From a virus: 64,000 nucleotides of DNA. The position numbers were made by a program, and so were the translations under genes. The stretch is from positions 446 to 64,445 of IMG/VR virus record IMGVR_UViG_3300045988_173593. One strand, given 5' to 3'. Of the stretch, positions 28,167 through 38,059 are shown piece after piece (positions within the stretch are counted from its first letter, which is position 1; every line of letters starts with the position of its first letter). Under the pieces are notes generated by a model. That model saw nothing but the letters and a program-made list of their open reading frames with translations. It was not told where the DNA came from and made no database searches.

Positions 28167-28599
28167 TTGCGAAAACCTGAAGATAGAAAAGCAACTTCTG
28201 TGAATACCATTCTTCTTCCGTTGCCGTGCTCAAACGAATGCGTTTCACTTCAACTTTCAGTTGCGGCATTCCGGAAATCTCGACTCTTGATTTTTCACCT
28301 GCAATGTCAAACTCTTCCTCAATCGCATTTGCGATCTGCCCTACCGTCATGGTTCCGGTATTCAGCGGGACAAAAATATCGTATTGAATCAGTGGACTTG
28401 TCGGAATCCATACGCGCCTGTTTGTGAGAAGCTGTTCTTCCCCTCCCAGCCATGTTTCCCGAATCCACAATTTTTTCCCTTTGGGATCGAAGTTCTTGTT
28501 TTCAAACTGAAAATCTTTATCCGTTGCAATATCTTTCTCAATGATACGGACTCGCATTGCGTTTCTTATGACTTCATCCAGAATAGCCATATTATTCAC
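28162..28599 (-). CDS. head-tail joining / tail completion protein
   Basis: Position and size. Confidence 0.45.
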   Translation of the reverse strand: MNNMAILDEVIRNAMRVRIIEKDIATDKDFQFENKNFDPKGKKLWIRETWLGGEEQLLTNRRVWIPTSPLIQYDIFVPLNTGTMTVGQIANAIEEEFDIAGEKSRVEISGMPQLKVEVKRIRLSTATEEEWYSQKLLFYLQVFAN

Positions 28600-29008
28600 C
28601 TGCCTCTCTGACTGCTTCGCTTACAAGTTTATTGATCTGATTTTGAACCCCGGAAACGGTGATTTCCACAAAACGCGCCGGAGCCTGTCTGCTCCATCCC
28701 TCATTCAGTCTTTTGGCATAAGGAGCCGAATTGCAGATAAACAATGAATCTTTCAAATCGAAATTGGAGAAAACGGTAATCGGTCTGTTCAGGTCTATTC
28801 CCTTGTTTTCATGCAGTTCATACCGTGTCGTGACTCCGTTGACCTGACACCACCAGTTCCAGCGGAAATTCCCGGTATCGACCGGCGATACGATCATAAG
28901 CTGACGATACAGTTCAATCGTTGCCATTTTCATAAAGGATTTGATGCGCCGTTCATTGCGTTCCTGGAATCTCCGCATGGCATTGCTGTCATTGATGTTG
29001 AATTTCAT
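28592..29008 (-). CDS. head-tail joining protein
   Basis: Position and size. Confidence 0.45.
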   Translation of the reverse strand: MKFNINDSNAMRRFQERNERRIKSFMKMATIELYRQLMIVSPVDTGNFRWNWWCQVNGVTTRYELHENKGIDLNRPITVFSNFDLKDSLFICNSAPYAKRLNEGWSRQAPARFVEITVSGVQNQINKLVSEAVREAGE

Positions 29009-29011
29009 AGA

Positions 29012-29470
29012 TTAAGCCCTCAGCGTAAAATAATAATCTGCCGGCTGATTCTGCATCCATTGTTCGCCGCGAATTGCGCCGATGCGGTAAGTTGTGCTGG
29101 AAAAAGTGATAGTGTCAATCCCTGCAACAATTCCTCCGGTGACAGGGTTAAACGGGCGCATGTCTTCAAGCGTCTTTTTTACCTGGTTTACAATAATTTC
29201 CGGGTCATCGCCGTGACTTGCCCGTGATGCCGCAATGACATCATAGGGTATCCGCATGATTTGATCTCCGGCAAGATAATTTTTCCCGTCAATAAGGCGC
29301 ACATTCACCGGTTCCGGAGGGTAACAGATGATATTGCGCTTGATTTCCGTGTTGATGTCAAGTCCTGTCGCATAATCATAATCATTGATTATATAAGTCA
29401 GGATTGCCTCATTTTTAAAAATCTTAGCCTTGACCAGCTTACTGCTTATCTTTTGAAACGGTGTAGCCAT
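29012..29470 (-). CDS. head-tail adaptor protein
   Basis: Position and size. Confidence 0.45.
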   Translation of the reverse strand: MATPFQKISSKLVKAKIFKNEAILTYIINDYDYATGLDINTEIKRNIICYPPEPVNVRLIDGKNYLAGDQIMRIPYDVIAASRASHGDDPEIIVNQVKKTLEDMRPFNPVTGGIVAGIDTITFSSTTYRIGAIRGEQWMQNQPADYYFTLRA

Positions 29471-29494
29471 AAAAAGTAATCCTTTTTACAGTAA

Positions 29495-29508
29495 CCCGGA
29501 TTGTCAAT
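29495..29508 (-). promoter_or_regulatory. ATTGACAATCCGGG-family motif, 25 nt upstream of the 29470 start
   Basis: 1 of 11 copies. Confidence 0.6.
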
Positions 29509-29806
29509 TAAATCAGAGGAGATATATTATCCTAAGGAGGTTGCAATGCGTTTTAAAAAAAATCATATCATAATAACAGCCGTAACAGTATTTATTATTT
29601 TTGCGATAATTGCATTAATCTGTTACCGTCATGCGCACCGCAACGATCACAAATACTGGATTAATCACCGATCAGGCGTGATACATAATTACAGATGCAG
29701 ACACTTTGACGGCAAGCCTGACAATCAGCTTACCGATCATTTGCCCGATGCCGGAGATACCTTTTATCGCGATTGCCGCATTTGCGGCGGGCGCAGCCCC
29801 AAATAA
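29501..29806 (+). CDS. small single-TM protein with C-terminal Cys/His cluster
   Basis: TAVTVFIIFAIIALICY; CRHFDG...CRICGG. Confidence 0.35.
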   Translation: MSIKSEEIYYPKEVAMRFKKNHIIITAVTVFIIFAIIALICYRHAHRNDHKYWINHRSGVIHNYRCRHFDGKPDNQLTDHLPDAGDTFYRDCRICGGRSPK

Positions 29807-29870
29807 TATTTTTTTAGCCTTAAAAATAAAAAAAAATATGAAAAAATACGTATTTTTATTGGATTAACCC

Positions 29871-29898
29871 TTGACAAATGCGAAAAATAGCGTATAAT
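29871..29898 (+). promoter_or_regulatory. consensus sigma-70-like promoter TTGACA-16-TATAAT
   Basis: Seen in sequence; AT-rich UP-like region upstream. Drives the plus-strand moron genes starting at 29969. Confidence 0.65.
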
Positions 29899-29968
29899 AT
29901 ATAATATAACAGGGGCGATAACGACAACAGCCCTAAACAAAAAACTAAAACGCCATAGGAGGCAAAAA

Positions 29969-30223
29969 ATGAAAAACGAAATGAACACAACAGTCTTGGT
30001 CATCACAGACACCGTTTACCACGCAGAAGCGCCCGAATATCTTTTCCGCGGCATACTCCCACAGGTTGTATGTGATGACCGTCTTATCCTCGGCTGGGGC
30101 GAATGCTATGACGGACACCGCAAGGTCTACCGTTACGCGGAAGCCGGATATGATTTTGTAATTCCGAACGGATATGAATCTGTTGAGGAATACGCAAAGT
30201 CTTTGAATGCGCTTTTAGTTTGA
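29969..30223 (+). CDS. hypothetical moron protein
   Basis: RBS AGGAGG. Confidence 0.45.
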   Translation: MKNEMNTTVLVITDTVYHAEAPEYLFRGILPQVVCDDRLILGWGECYDGHRKVYRYAEAGYDFVIPNGYESVEEYAKSLNALLV

Positions 30224-30332
30224 CAAAAAAATCCCCGTGCAGGTAACGACTCCGGCACGGGGAAACTAAAACGCCTCGCAAGAGGCATGGAAAATATAAC
30301 AGACACCCATAAAAAATCAAGGAGAGACAGAG

Positions 30333-30602
30333 ATGAAATTAAAAGTTTGCAGAGGATCGAGGCTGAAAATGTGGCATCTGATGAACAAAGGGACTGACCG
30401 AATTGCCCCGAATGCGGAATTTCTCTGCCCGGTAGTTGGCGTGATTGAAAATAATGTTGAGTCTACATGGAGCCTTGTAAGGTTCGACGGGATACGCTAT
30501 GCTGTCATAAGCGGGGCGGTGATCAAGCCGGTGGAGCAACATGAAGCTGAACGGGTATATCAGGAAACGCTGAACGATAAGGATCTGGAAAATGCCTATT
30601 GA
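30333..30602 (+). CDS. hypothetical moron protein
   Basis: RBS AGGAGAGA. Confidence 0.45.
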   Translation: MKLKVCRGSRLKMWHLMNKGTDRIAPNAEFLCPVVGVIENNVESTWSLVRFDGIRYAVISGAVIKPVEQHEAERVYQETLNDKDLENAY

Positions 30603-30978
30603 TGTGACAAAAGACGAATACATTGCAATCGCGGCCAAGCTGACGATTGAGAATAAAGAAAATGTCCTCAAGACGATCCCGAAGCCGGAAATTGAGATCA
30701 AAGATTATTTCCTTGCATCCGGACTGAAAAAAGATGCTTGGTGCAAAGCCCTTGATATCAGTATCAGCACCTGGGACAAATATGTTTGCGGAGACCTCCC
30801 GGTCAAACCCGCGCGATTGGCGGAGGCGCGCCGGATTGCACTCGGAGTCCGCGCGATCACCGAGGGCTGGATGCAGATCGAGCACGAGGCCGATTACCGG
30901 CGCATCTACCGCATATTCCACCCGCACCCGGAGCAGGAGTTGAAAGAGCTGGTCGACTATCTGAAACAGGAAAAATGA
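30592..30978 (+). CDS. hypothetical moron protein; 3' half unusually GC-rich
   Basis: Overlapping start; compositional shift around 30780-30960. Confidence 0.4.
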   Translation: MPIDVTKDEYIAIAAKLTIENKENVLKTIPKPEIEIKDYFLASGLKKDAWCKALDISISTWDKYVCGDLPVKPARLAEARRIALGVRAITEGWMQIEHEADYRRIYRIFHPHPEQELKELVDYLKQEK

Positions 30979-31129
30979 AGTGTCCCTACCGTGTAAAAAT
31001 ATATACGCGTATCTGTCCTGCCTGCGGAAAAGAGTTTAGGCAGACGGGCATAGATTCCATACTTCGGGGCAATCAACCTGCTCAGCGCAATGCCATAAAG
31101 CCTTACGTAGCGCCATAGCATCAAAGAGG

Positions 31130-31438
31130 ATGCCAGACACGATATCAAGACCGGACATAATAACCAAACGCCGGGATGCTGTCCGCACGAGCCCGAAAAG
31201 CGGCGCATACGAGACCAACACTAAGGCTAAGGAGTGGCGGCTCTGCTCTCCTGCTGGCGATACCTACATTTTCCGCAATCTTGCCAAATTCCTACGGGAT
31301 CATCCTGATCTCTTTACCGAGGCTGAATTAGCTTCCAATAAAACTGGCATTACCCTTGCGCAAAGCGGGTTGAGACGTTTGCGCCCTGAATCAAAAGACC
31401 TCCGCGCCTCATGGCACGGCTGGACGTGGCTTTCCTGA
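31130..31438 (+). CDS. hypothetical protein
   Basis: 102 aa. Confidence 0.35.
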   Translation: MPDTISRPDIITKRRDAVRTSPKSGAYETNTKAKEWRLCSPAGDTYIFRNLAKFLRDHPDLFTEAELASNKTGITLAQSGLRRLRPESKDLRASWHGWTWLS

Positions 31439-31492
31439 TAAAAAAACACCCCGGAAAGTTGAGCATCGTTGAGAGGCCTCCGGGGTTCGCTG

Positions 31493-31999
31493 TTATTCCG
31501 CTTTGGCGGAGGTCGTTTCCGACTGGCTGTTTTTTGCGGACTGGTCGGACTGTTCCGTTTTGTCCGCCGTCTGTTTCTGATTCGCGCGATATTTCCAGTA
31601 GTATTTCAGGCTCTCGACATACAGCTTTGCCATTTCCGGGTCCTTTTCCGCGAGGTCTACCAGGTAGCCGGTAATTTGCGGCCCGACATCGCGCCGGATG
31701 CGTTTCACACCTTTGATGCTGCCGTTCTGCGTATCCACGGACACCCCGTTGTCAGCGTCGATTTCCAAATCCCAGCTGCTGTTTTCGCGGCTGACATCCA
31801 CCACGTTCAGGCCATCTGTATAGCTTAGATTCGCCGTTGCGTTCTGCGGGTCAAGCCCCGCGTTTACCCTTGTTCCGATTGTAAACGCGCCGGTGTTATG
31901 GCTGCATCCCGTCAGCAGGAGCCCGATCAGCAGCAACCCTACGAGATACAGCAGGGCAAGCGTCGTGTGAGGCAATGCGTTGATGAGTTTGTCATTCAT
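31493..31999 (-). CDS. lipoprotein
   Basis: Signal peptide and lipobox LLLTGC. Confidence 0.6.
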   Translation of the reverse strand: MNDKLINALPHTTLALLYLVGLLLIGLLLTGCSHNTGAFTIGTRVNAGLDPQNATANLSYTDGLNVVDVSRENSSWDLEIDADNGVSVDTQNGSIKGVKRIRRDVGPQITGYLVDLAEKDPEMAKLYVESLKYYWKYRANQKQTADKTEQSDQSAKNSQSETTSAKAE

Positions 32000-32110
32000 A
32001 ATTTCAATCCTTTTCTTGATTCTTGATTTTCGCGTTTTATATTATTATTCATCCTGATTGACCGGTTTTCCTTATATCTCCCCCCCCATAGGCTGCTGGT
32101 CAATCAGGAC

Positions 32111-32668
32111 TTATCTTATATATCTTCCCGTTGCTATTCCAAGTTCTGTTCCGCCGATGGCTTCCGGCAAAACCTCACCTCCCATCTGCCCGATCAGAAC
32201 ACGAACCGAAGCAGTAAGAATATCGCCCTGAAAATCTTTTGAAAAAACAACTCCGTTTGCAGACTGGATTCCCATTGTAAGCAGGGAATTGGGTTCAATG
32301 ATTGACTCGTCAAGTGACAATAAATAAATCGCTTCCTTTGCCGTTGCTTCTTTCAAAAGATCTGGCATTTCATTCTCAGACGGGTCAAAGACAAATACCT
32401 CTCCCTCGTCATCATAGAAAATAACATAACGTTGAATCAGATTGGTTGCTGTCTTCAATGCTGCCTCTTTCTGTTCCTGCGTCGCTCCTGTCCAGTTTGT
32501 GTTCCACAGAAAAGACGCAAAGAAAGCGTCTGCCCATTCGACAGAACAAAACATTGGAAGGTTAGGCAAAGTCTCAGGCATTGTTCGGTTCTCCGCTGAA
32601 AGACTGTTCCAGTTTTGTATATTCACCAGCACCAAACTTTTTGATATAAAGTTCTTTTGTAGCGTCAA
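32111..32668 (-). CDS. hypothetical protein
   Basis: 185 aa. Confidence 0.45.
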   Translation of the reverse strand: MTLQKNFISKSLVLVNIQNWNSLSAENRTMPETLPNLPMFCSVEWADAFFASFLWNTNWTGATQEQKEAALKTATNLIQRYVIFYDDEGEVFVFDPSENEMPDLLKEATAKEAIYLLSLDESIIEPNSLLTMGIQSANGVVFSKDFQGDILTASVRVLIGQMGGEVLPEAIGGTELGIATGRYIR

Positions 32669-32984
32669 ACTTCAAAGTTGCGCAATCAACTTTTGTGTTT
32701 GCAAGACGGGTTTTCATCGCAAGCAGGATACGTTTTTTCTGCTCTTTTTCGTCAAGATTGCTTTTCATTTGCTCCGGCGGAGGCTGAAACTTTGAAGTAT
32801 CCTTTTTTTCCTTTGTTTCTTTTTCAGGAGCAGTATTGACATTTTCGCCTTTGATAGCGGAAACAACCTGAGCATCATTCCATTGCACCGGAAAAGAGCC
32901 GATACAGGTATCTCCTTTTTCATCCATCCAGATAGCTTTACAATCATGTGCCATACGCATGATTCTGACAATCTTCTTTCCCAT
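32574..32984 (-). CDS. hypothetical protein
   Basis: 136 aa. Confidence 0.4.
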   Translation of the reverse strand: MGKKIVRIMRMAHDCKAIWMDEKGDTCIGSFPVQWNDAQVVSAIKGENVNTAPEKETKEKKDTSKFQPPPEQMKSNLDEKEQKKRILLAMKTRLANTKVDCATLKFDATKELYIKKFGAGEYTKLEQSFSGEPNNA

Positions 32985-33068
32985 GTTTCATCTTCCCTTT
33001 AATTATTGATATGAATAGAAAAAGCGGGCTTTGATATCATCTCAGCCCATCTTTTTTATCGCAGATTA

Positions 33069-34268
33069 TCAGCCAGCAACTTCCTTTGTATTTACAGGAT
33101 CGCTGGTCGTGTTCGTAATTTTGACATTACGCGTCTTTGCCCGTTTGGCCGCCAGAGCTTCCATGCTTCCCATCAATCCGTAAATCTTGGAAATACGCTG
33201 AAGCGAATTTTTGAACTCAAACGTATATTCTCCAATGATTTTTCTGCGGATAGAGTCGCAGGTTGCGGTGGTTGCATCGGAATCAGCTATAGACCGACCG
33301 CCGAGCGGAGTCAAACCGAGACCGGTGGGGTCAAGGACAAACGCGATATTATCCGGCATCATCGGCTCAGAAAAGATCGTCTGCTGCGCTCCGGTGATAT
33401 CGTTGGTGACACGGGCGACATAACTGCCGCGAGCGTTATTGTCCTGATTGATAATTACCTGGTCAACCATATCAGCGGAAAGAACTCGCGCCTGTCCGGG
33501 AGAGCACAGGATGATAGAGGGCTGCGCACCCTCATCGGTAATCTGCTGCGCTCCGTCATTGACAAGGAAACTGTCAAACATATTTCCATTGGCATTGATT
33601 GAAAGACCGCCAGCCTGACTACCGAAGTGAAACAGACCACCAGCCATTCCGGTGGTAGATGCAGTATGCGCTCTCGGAATTCCGAAGATTGCCGCGTTGT
33701 TCATATCACGTGCCAGCTTCTGCATCTCAATGTTGGTCTGATAGTTGATTCTGTTTTCCAGTCCGTAAACCTTGACTTCCTGAGAAGTTCCGGTGATTTC
33801 AATATCTCCCCGGAAAATCTGAGTATAGTTCTGTGCCGTGCCCGACTGATGGAAAGACTTCTTACCGTCACAGGACCCCTCTTCTCTCGGAGTGTATGCA
33901 ATATACATCACGTCCGAAGCTGCCGGCATAGACTTTGCTGAACCGTTCGCCGCGACAAGTGTCAGAGTTATATTTGTGCCGGAAACGGCGGACACCTCAA
34001 ACAGTGCCGGGTCATCTTTCACGCGAAGAATAGAACCCTCAGCAATTTTCGCAGCATCCGCAGCGGAAACAGTAGCGGTGGAACTGCTGATTGAGGAGAT
34101 TGTCACCGTCATCGGTGCAATCTGATCTTCCAACCATTCATGGGTTGTACTGGTTGCAGGAGCGGTGGTCGTGAACAGTGAAATAAATCTCGGCTGACCC
34201 TTGATAATTGTGCTGAGCACATCCGAAAGATCACGCTTCACATTTGCGAGTTCATAAGAAGTTGTCAT
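33069..34268 (-). CDS. major capsid protein candidate
   Basis: 399 aa directly downstream of the scaffold gene. Confidence 0.65.
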   Translation of the reverse strand: MTTSYELANVKRDLSDVLSTIIKGQPRFISLFTTTAPATSTTHEWLEDQIAPMTVTISSISSSTATVSAADAAKIAEGSILRVKDDPALFEVSAVSGTNITLTLVAANGSAKSMPAASDVMYIAYTPREEGSCDGKKSFHQSGTAQNYTQIFRGDIEITGTSQEVKVYGLENRINYQTNIEMQKLARDMNNAAIFGIPRAHTASTTGMAGGLFHFGSQAGGLSINANGNMFDSFLVNDGAQQITDEGAQPSIILCSPGQARVLSADMVDQVIINQDNNARGSYVARVTNDITGAQQTIFSEPMMPDNIAFVLDPTGLGLTPLGGRSIADSDATTATCDSIRRKIIGEYTFEFKNSLQRISKIYGLMGSMEALAAKRAKTRNVKITNTTSDPVNTKEVAG

Positions 34269-34287
34269 TTTTCAAACCTTTCTTTTT

Positions 34288-35028
34288 TCAGTTTTGCTTT
34301 AACGGTAAATTGTTCAGCATAGCGAGGGAATCACCATTTGCTTTTGCCTCGTCATATGCTTTCTGTTTTGCCGCATCTGCGGAAACAGAATTTATGTTTC
34401 CGGGGTTTGATTTTCCCGGTGTTGAATTGACGGTGAAGTTGTAAAGGTCGGCTCTTGCCTGAATCCACTCCTTGACAGCCTTTCCCTTGTAAGGCGCAAT
34501 ATCGCCGACATCGTCAAGATCGAAATTGTCTTCAAAATCTTCCAGCATGGAATTGATTTTATTTCGGTCATATTTTGCATCAAGAGATTCTACAATCTCT
34601 TTCAGCTTGCCTTTGACTTTGCTTGCCTTTTCCAGCTTGATCAGCTCATCCAGTCGCGTTTTCTGGCTTTCAAACTGCGTCTTGAAGGAATCACGTTCCT
34701 TTTCCGCAGTCCTCAGACGCTTCTTGTAGTCCAGAAGTTCTTCGTTTGCCTTTCCGCCGCCGTCTTTGAGAGTGTCGTATTCATCAATTTTTTCGCGCAA
34801 CTCTTCCGGAGTGCCGAAATCCTCAAATGCCTTGAGTTTTTCTCTTGTGGCTTTGTGGTCTTTACGCTCCTTCTCAAGCGCGCCGTTGAGCCGCCTTACA
34901 TCATCATCTGTTTTTGAGGACGGCATATCCTCAACGTCCAGATAATACGCGCCATCGCGTTCCGTGTAAAACTCTCTCTGCGCTTCCGCTACTTCCTCGA
35001 TGTTTCCGACTTTGAATTTCAATCCCAT
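34288..35028 (-). CDS. scaffold protein
   Basis: K/E-rich coiled-coil composition. Lies between the MuF-like gene and the capsid gene. Confidence 0.6.
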   Translation of the reverse strand: MGLKFKVGNIEEVAEAQREFYTERDGAYYLDVEDMPSSKTDDDVRRLNGALEKERKDHKATREKLKAFEDFGTPEELREKIDEYDTLKDGGGKANEELLDYKKRLRTAEKERDSFKTQFESQKTRLDELIKLEKASKVKGKLKEIVESLDAKYDRNKINSMLEDFEDNFDLDDVGDIAPYKGKAVKEWIQARADLYNFTVNSTPGKSNPGNINSVSADAAKQKAYDEAKANGDSLAMLNNLPLKQN

Positions 35029-35091
35029 GATTGACTTCTCCTGTTATTTTTCTTGCAGGCTTCATGCCTGTTTTCATATACCCCGGATTGT

Positions 35092-35105
35092 CAATTTGAG
35101 ACTTT
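35092..35105 (-). promoter_or_regulatory. ATTGACAATCCGGG-family motif, 64 nt upstream of the scaffold gene
   Basis: 1 of 11 copies. Confidence 0.6.
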
Positions 35106-35108
35106 TCA

Positions 35109-36323
35109 TTACAGCAGACCAGCCTTTTTAAAAGCGTCAATGTCACGCCTTTTCAGTTCGGCAATTGTAAAAAATCCGCCGGCATTAGGCTTGAGCATCT
35201 CATTCAGACTTAGATTTCCTTTGCTGTAAAGTTTATATTTTACAGGTCCCAGCCAGTCGCGCTTGAACTTGCTGTCCCTGCTTTCAAAATAATCGGTGAA
35301 CTTCATTGATCCCGGAACCTGTTCAAACGCCGGCTTTCCGGTTCTTGCTTCGTATTCACTGATTGCTTCATAATAATATTTGTGCTTCGTCGACTCGGAC
35401 AGGCTGTCCCATGATCTGCCGGTATTTTTCTCCTCATAGGCGCGTTTCGCATCGCCCATGAAATCGGAATTTGCGGCAGGGCGTTTTACGCTTGCGGAAT
35501 CAGAGAGCTCCGTAACGGGCAGATAGACGCAACGACAACGCGGATGAACTGGCAACGCGGGAATATCCTTTGCATTTACCGGAAATCTCTTTCCGCCGAT
35601 CTCGGCACATCTCGGGCATACACGACCGTCAAGCGTGTTCAGTATTTCAATTTCCTTCACCACGTCTGAATTTTCGCTGTAAAGCGCAAGTTTCGCGTCG
35701 TTCGCAATCCCGTTCGCGCACGTCAGACCCATTGCATAAGCCTGGTCATTGGAAATATCAAACGCCTTCTGGACACTTTTTTTCAGACTGCCCGGCGTCG
35801 CTCCGGTCTTGATCGCCTGTGAAACCGCCTTGAAAATCCTGTCGGCGTCGGATACCGCCATGGAATTGAACATCTCGGCCAGATTCAAACCATTGTAACG
35901 CCCGTATTTCACAATGTTGTTCAGGGTTCTTCTGCCAACCTGAGAAACAGTATGACCGCTTACAGCCCGTGTAAAACTGCCAGTCCATTTAGCTTCATTC
36001 TCGGCAAGGGAAACAGAATTATCCCTGATTCCCTCCATTGCTTGACCATACGCCTGATTCAGAAGTGTTTCTATTCTTGATTTGATTAAATCAAATTTCT
36101 TGTTTGTTCCAGCATCAATTCCGATTGCCCCGAAATGTTTCTGCGTATTGAGGAAATATTCCAGAAGCTCTTTCTGTGCCTCTTTCAACTGCCGCAGAAT
36201 GTCGCCAGACCAGGTCGCGCCGATCATCTGCAAATGCGCGATATGATCATTAATCAATTCTGAAAGCTCTGATGCAATTTTTTTTTGCATTGACAGTTTT
36301 CCTTTTATGAGGAGGTTATTCAT
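35109..36323 (-). CDS. head morphogenesis protein (Mu F / SPP1 gp7-like)
   Basis: CPRCAEIGGKRF...HPRCRCVY is the characteristic MuF-family Cys/His motif. Confidence 0.78.
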   Translation of the reverse strand: MNNLLIKGKLSMQKKIASELSELINDHIAHLQMIGATWSGDILRQLKEAQKELLEYFLNTQKHFGAIGIDAGTNKKFDLIKSRIETLLNQAYGQAMEGIRDNSVSLAENEAKWTGSFTRAVSGHTVSQVGRRTLNNIVKYGRYNGLNLAEMFNSMAVSDADRIFKAVSQAIKTGATPGSLKKSVQKAFDISNDQAYAMGLTCANGIANDAKLALYSENSDVVKEIEILNTLDGRVCPRCAEIGGKRFPVNAKDIPALPVHPRCRCVYLPVTELSDSASVKRPAANSDFMGDAKRAYEEKNTGRSWDSLSESTKHKYYYEAISEYEARTGKPAFEQVPGSMKFTDYFESRDSKFKRDWLGPVKYKLYSKGNLSLNEMLKPNAGGFFTIAELKRRDIDAFKKAGLL

Positions 36324-36514
36324 GAATACGGAGAATGAAGAAAAAACAGCGGCTTATAACATGCGGGAAATCACGAACAACGTAATCGGCGACTTCCTGT
36401 ATGATCAGGCGTCCGGAAATGCCGGAACACTTTCGCTCATCGCTTCTCTTTTGTATCTCAATCATGTTGAACTTGTTCATATTCATGGAAAAATAGAAAA
36501 TCTTGAAAAGAAAC

Positions 36515-38014
36515 TTATTCTTCTTCAGAATCATTGTTCTGCTCTTTTTTCGCAAAAGGATTCCCGTTCCCCTGAATAACCGGACTGTTCTGCATGGATT
36601 CCTCTCTTGCCTTTTCTTTTTCTTCCAGGAATTCCTCAATTGTCTTTTTTGGGTCGCCATAACCGTTTTCAAGCCAGATATTTCTCTTTTCTTCGGTTGT
36701 CAGGCTGTCGGTTCCATCTACCGCAACAAGCTCCTGAACAGACAGATTTGCCTCGGCAAAATCTTTACTCGGCGTGTAACGTGTTCCCAGAATCTCTTCT
36801 TCATCCACTCCAATCCACATTGCCGCATAACGCAATTGTTCTGTAATCGCATCCCCTGCGACAGAGTTGATGATCTGCAACGGCGAAGTATTGGAATCCT
36901 GAATCAGCTGAATCGCGACTCCTGACTGATTGCTTTTATTGTCGGAAAGACTCAAGGCATCGGACGAACAGAGCTCTTTCAGCTTTTCCACTTCCTGTGA
37001 AAGAATGGAAAGCGATTGTGCAGGAACTTCAAGGTATTGCGGCTGTGCCCCCTCTGGAAGCGCATTGAGCGCACCTGAGTTTACATACAACTCTTTCAGC
37101 AATGAAGTGATCTTATTATCATCTCCTTTTAGTCCAGTGATAAACAAGGGACTTTGCCCTGTCATGTAAAGAACCTGCCTGTAATCAGCATAAAGTTGAT
37201 AAAGTGAAATTTCAGAATCTGCAATATTCAGAATTGGCGGTTCATCAATTGACGTTCCGGAAAGACTGGACACGCCGCACCAGGTAAACGGAATCCGATT
37301 CATCCTTTTTCCGTGATAATCCGGATACACAATGTTCCCTGAATTCGGTTCCAATAGATCAAAATCAGGCCATGCGCCAAATTCAATTCCCGCCTGATAA
37401 TATTCATTGTTCCGGTCGAGTCCGAGAACCCTCAGCTGCTTTTTTTCAACATCCTGCTTTGTCGCGGTGTCATATTCATATCCGGATTCGTCCAGAAGCA
37501 CAAAACGGGCAAAAGACCTGCCATTCTCAGTATCAAATTTTGTCCGGATGAAATCTCTCGCACGGTAAGTCTGAATCACGAACGGCGCATCGTCTCTTCC
37601 GGTGGATTCCAGCAGACAGCAAATTAATCCATGTGACAGTTGCGCTTCATTCAGTCTGCGCTGTAGGGATTTCAGTCCGTCTCCGTATTGCGTTGCTCTG
37701 TCTTTCAGAAAATCAAGCTTTCCATTTTCCGGTAGGGATATGTCCGGCTCGCCCATGTTGAGCATTCCCACATAACGGTTAAGCGCTTTCCGGGTGTAGT
37801 CGAAAAAGAGAGCCCGGAAAAGATACGCTTTGTAATCATCGTTGTTTTTCAGTTGCCACTTATCGGCAGGAAGATACTTAACAGTTTTTTCTTTGATCTT
37901 TTTTTGACCGCCAAGACAATCTTCCACTCGTTCACGGCAGGCTGCCAGTTTGTCATATCCGTAATAGGCGAACTCCGCCGCCGTTGCAACTTCAGTTTTT
38001 CTTCCCGTTCCCAT
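36515..38014 (-). CDS. portal protein
   Basis: 499 aa between terminase and MuF-like, acidic C-terminus. Confidence 0.7.
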   Translation of the reverse strand: MGTGRKTEVATAAEFAYYGYDKLAACRERVEDCLGGQKKIKEKTVKYLPADKWQLKNNDDYKAYLFRALFFDYTRKALNRYVGMLNMGEPDISLPENGKLDFLKDRATQYGDGLKSLQRRLNEAQLSHGLICCLLESTGRDDAPFVIQTYRARDFIRTKFDTENGRSFARFVLLDESGYEYDTATKQDVEKKQLRVLGLDRNNEYYQAGIEFGAWPDFDLLEPNSGNIVYPDYHGKRMNRIPFTWCGVSSLSGTSIDEPPILNIADSEISLYQLYADYRQVLYMTGQSPLFITGLKGDDNKITSLLKELYVNSGALNALPEGAQPQYLEVPAQSLSILSQEVEKLKELCSSDALSLSDNKSNQSGVAIQLIQDSNTSPLQIINSVAGDAITEQLRYAAMWIGVDEEEILGTRYTPSKDFAEANLSVQELVAVDGTDSLTTEEKRNIWLENGYGDPKKTIEEFLEEKEKAREESMQNSPVIQGNGNPFAKKEQNNDSEEE

Positions 38015-38037
38015 TCATCTGCTCCTGGTTTTTACTA

Positions 38038-38051
38038 ACCCGGATTGTCAA
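38038..38051 (-). promoter_or_regulatory. ATTGACAATCCGGG-family motif, 24 nt upstream of the portal start
   Basis: 1 of 11 copies. Confidence 0.6.
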
Positions 38052-38059
38052 TCTTGCAG

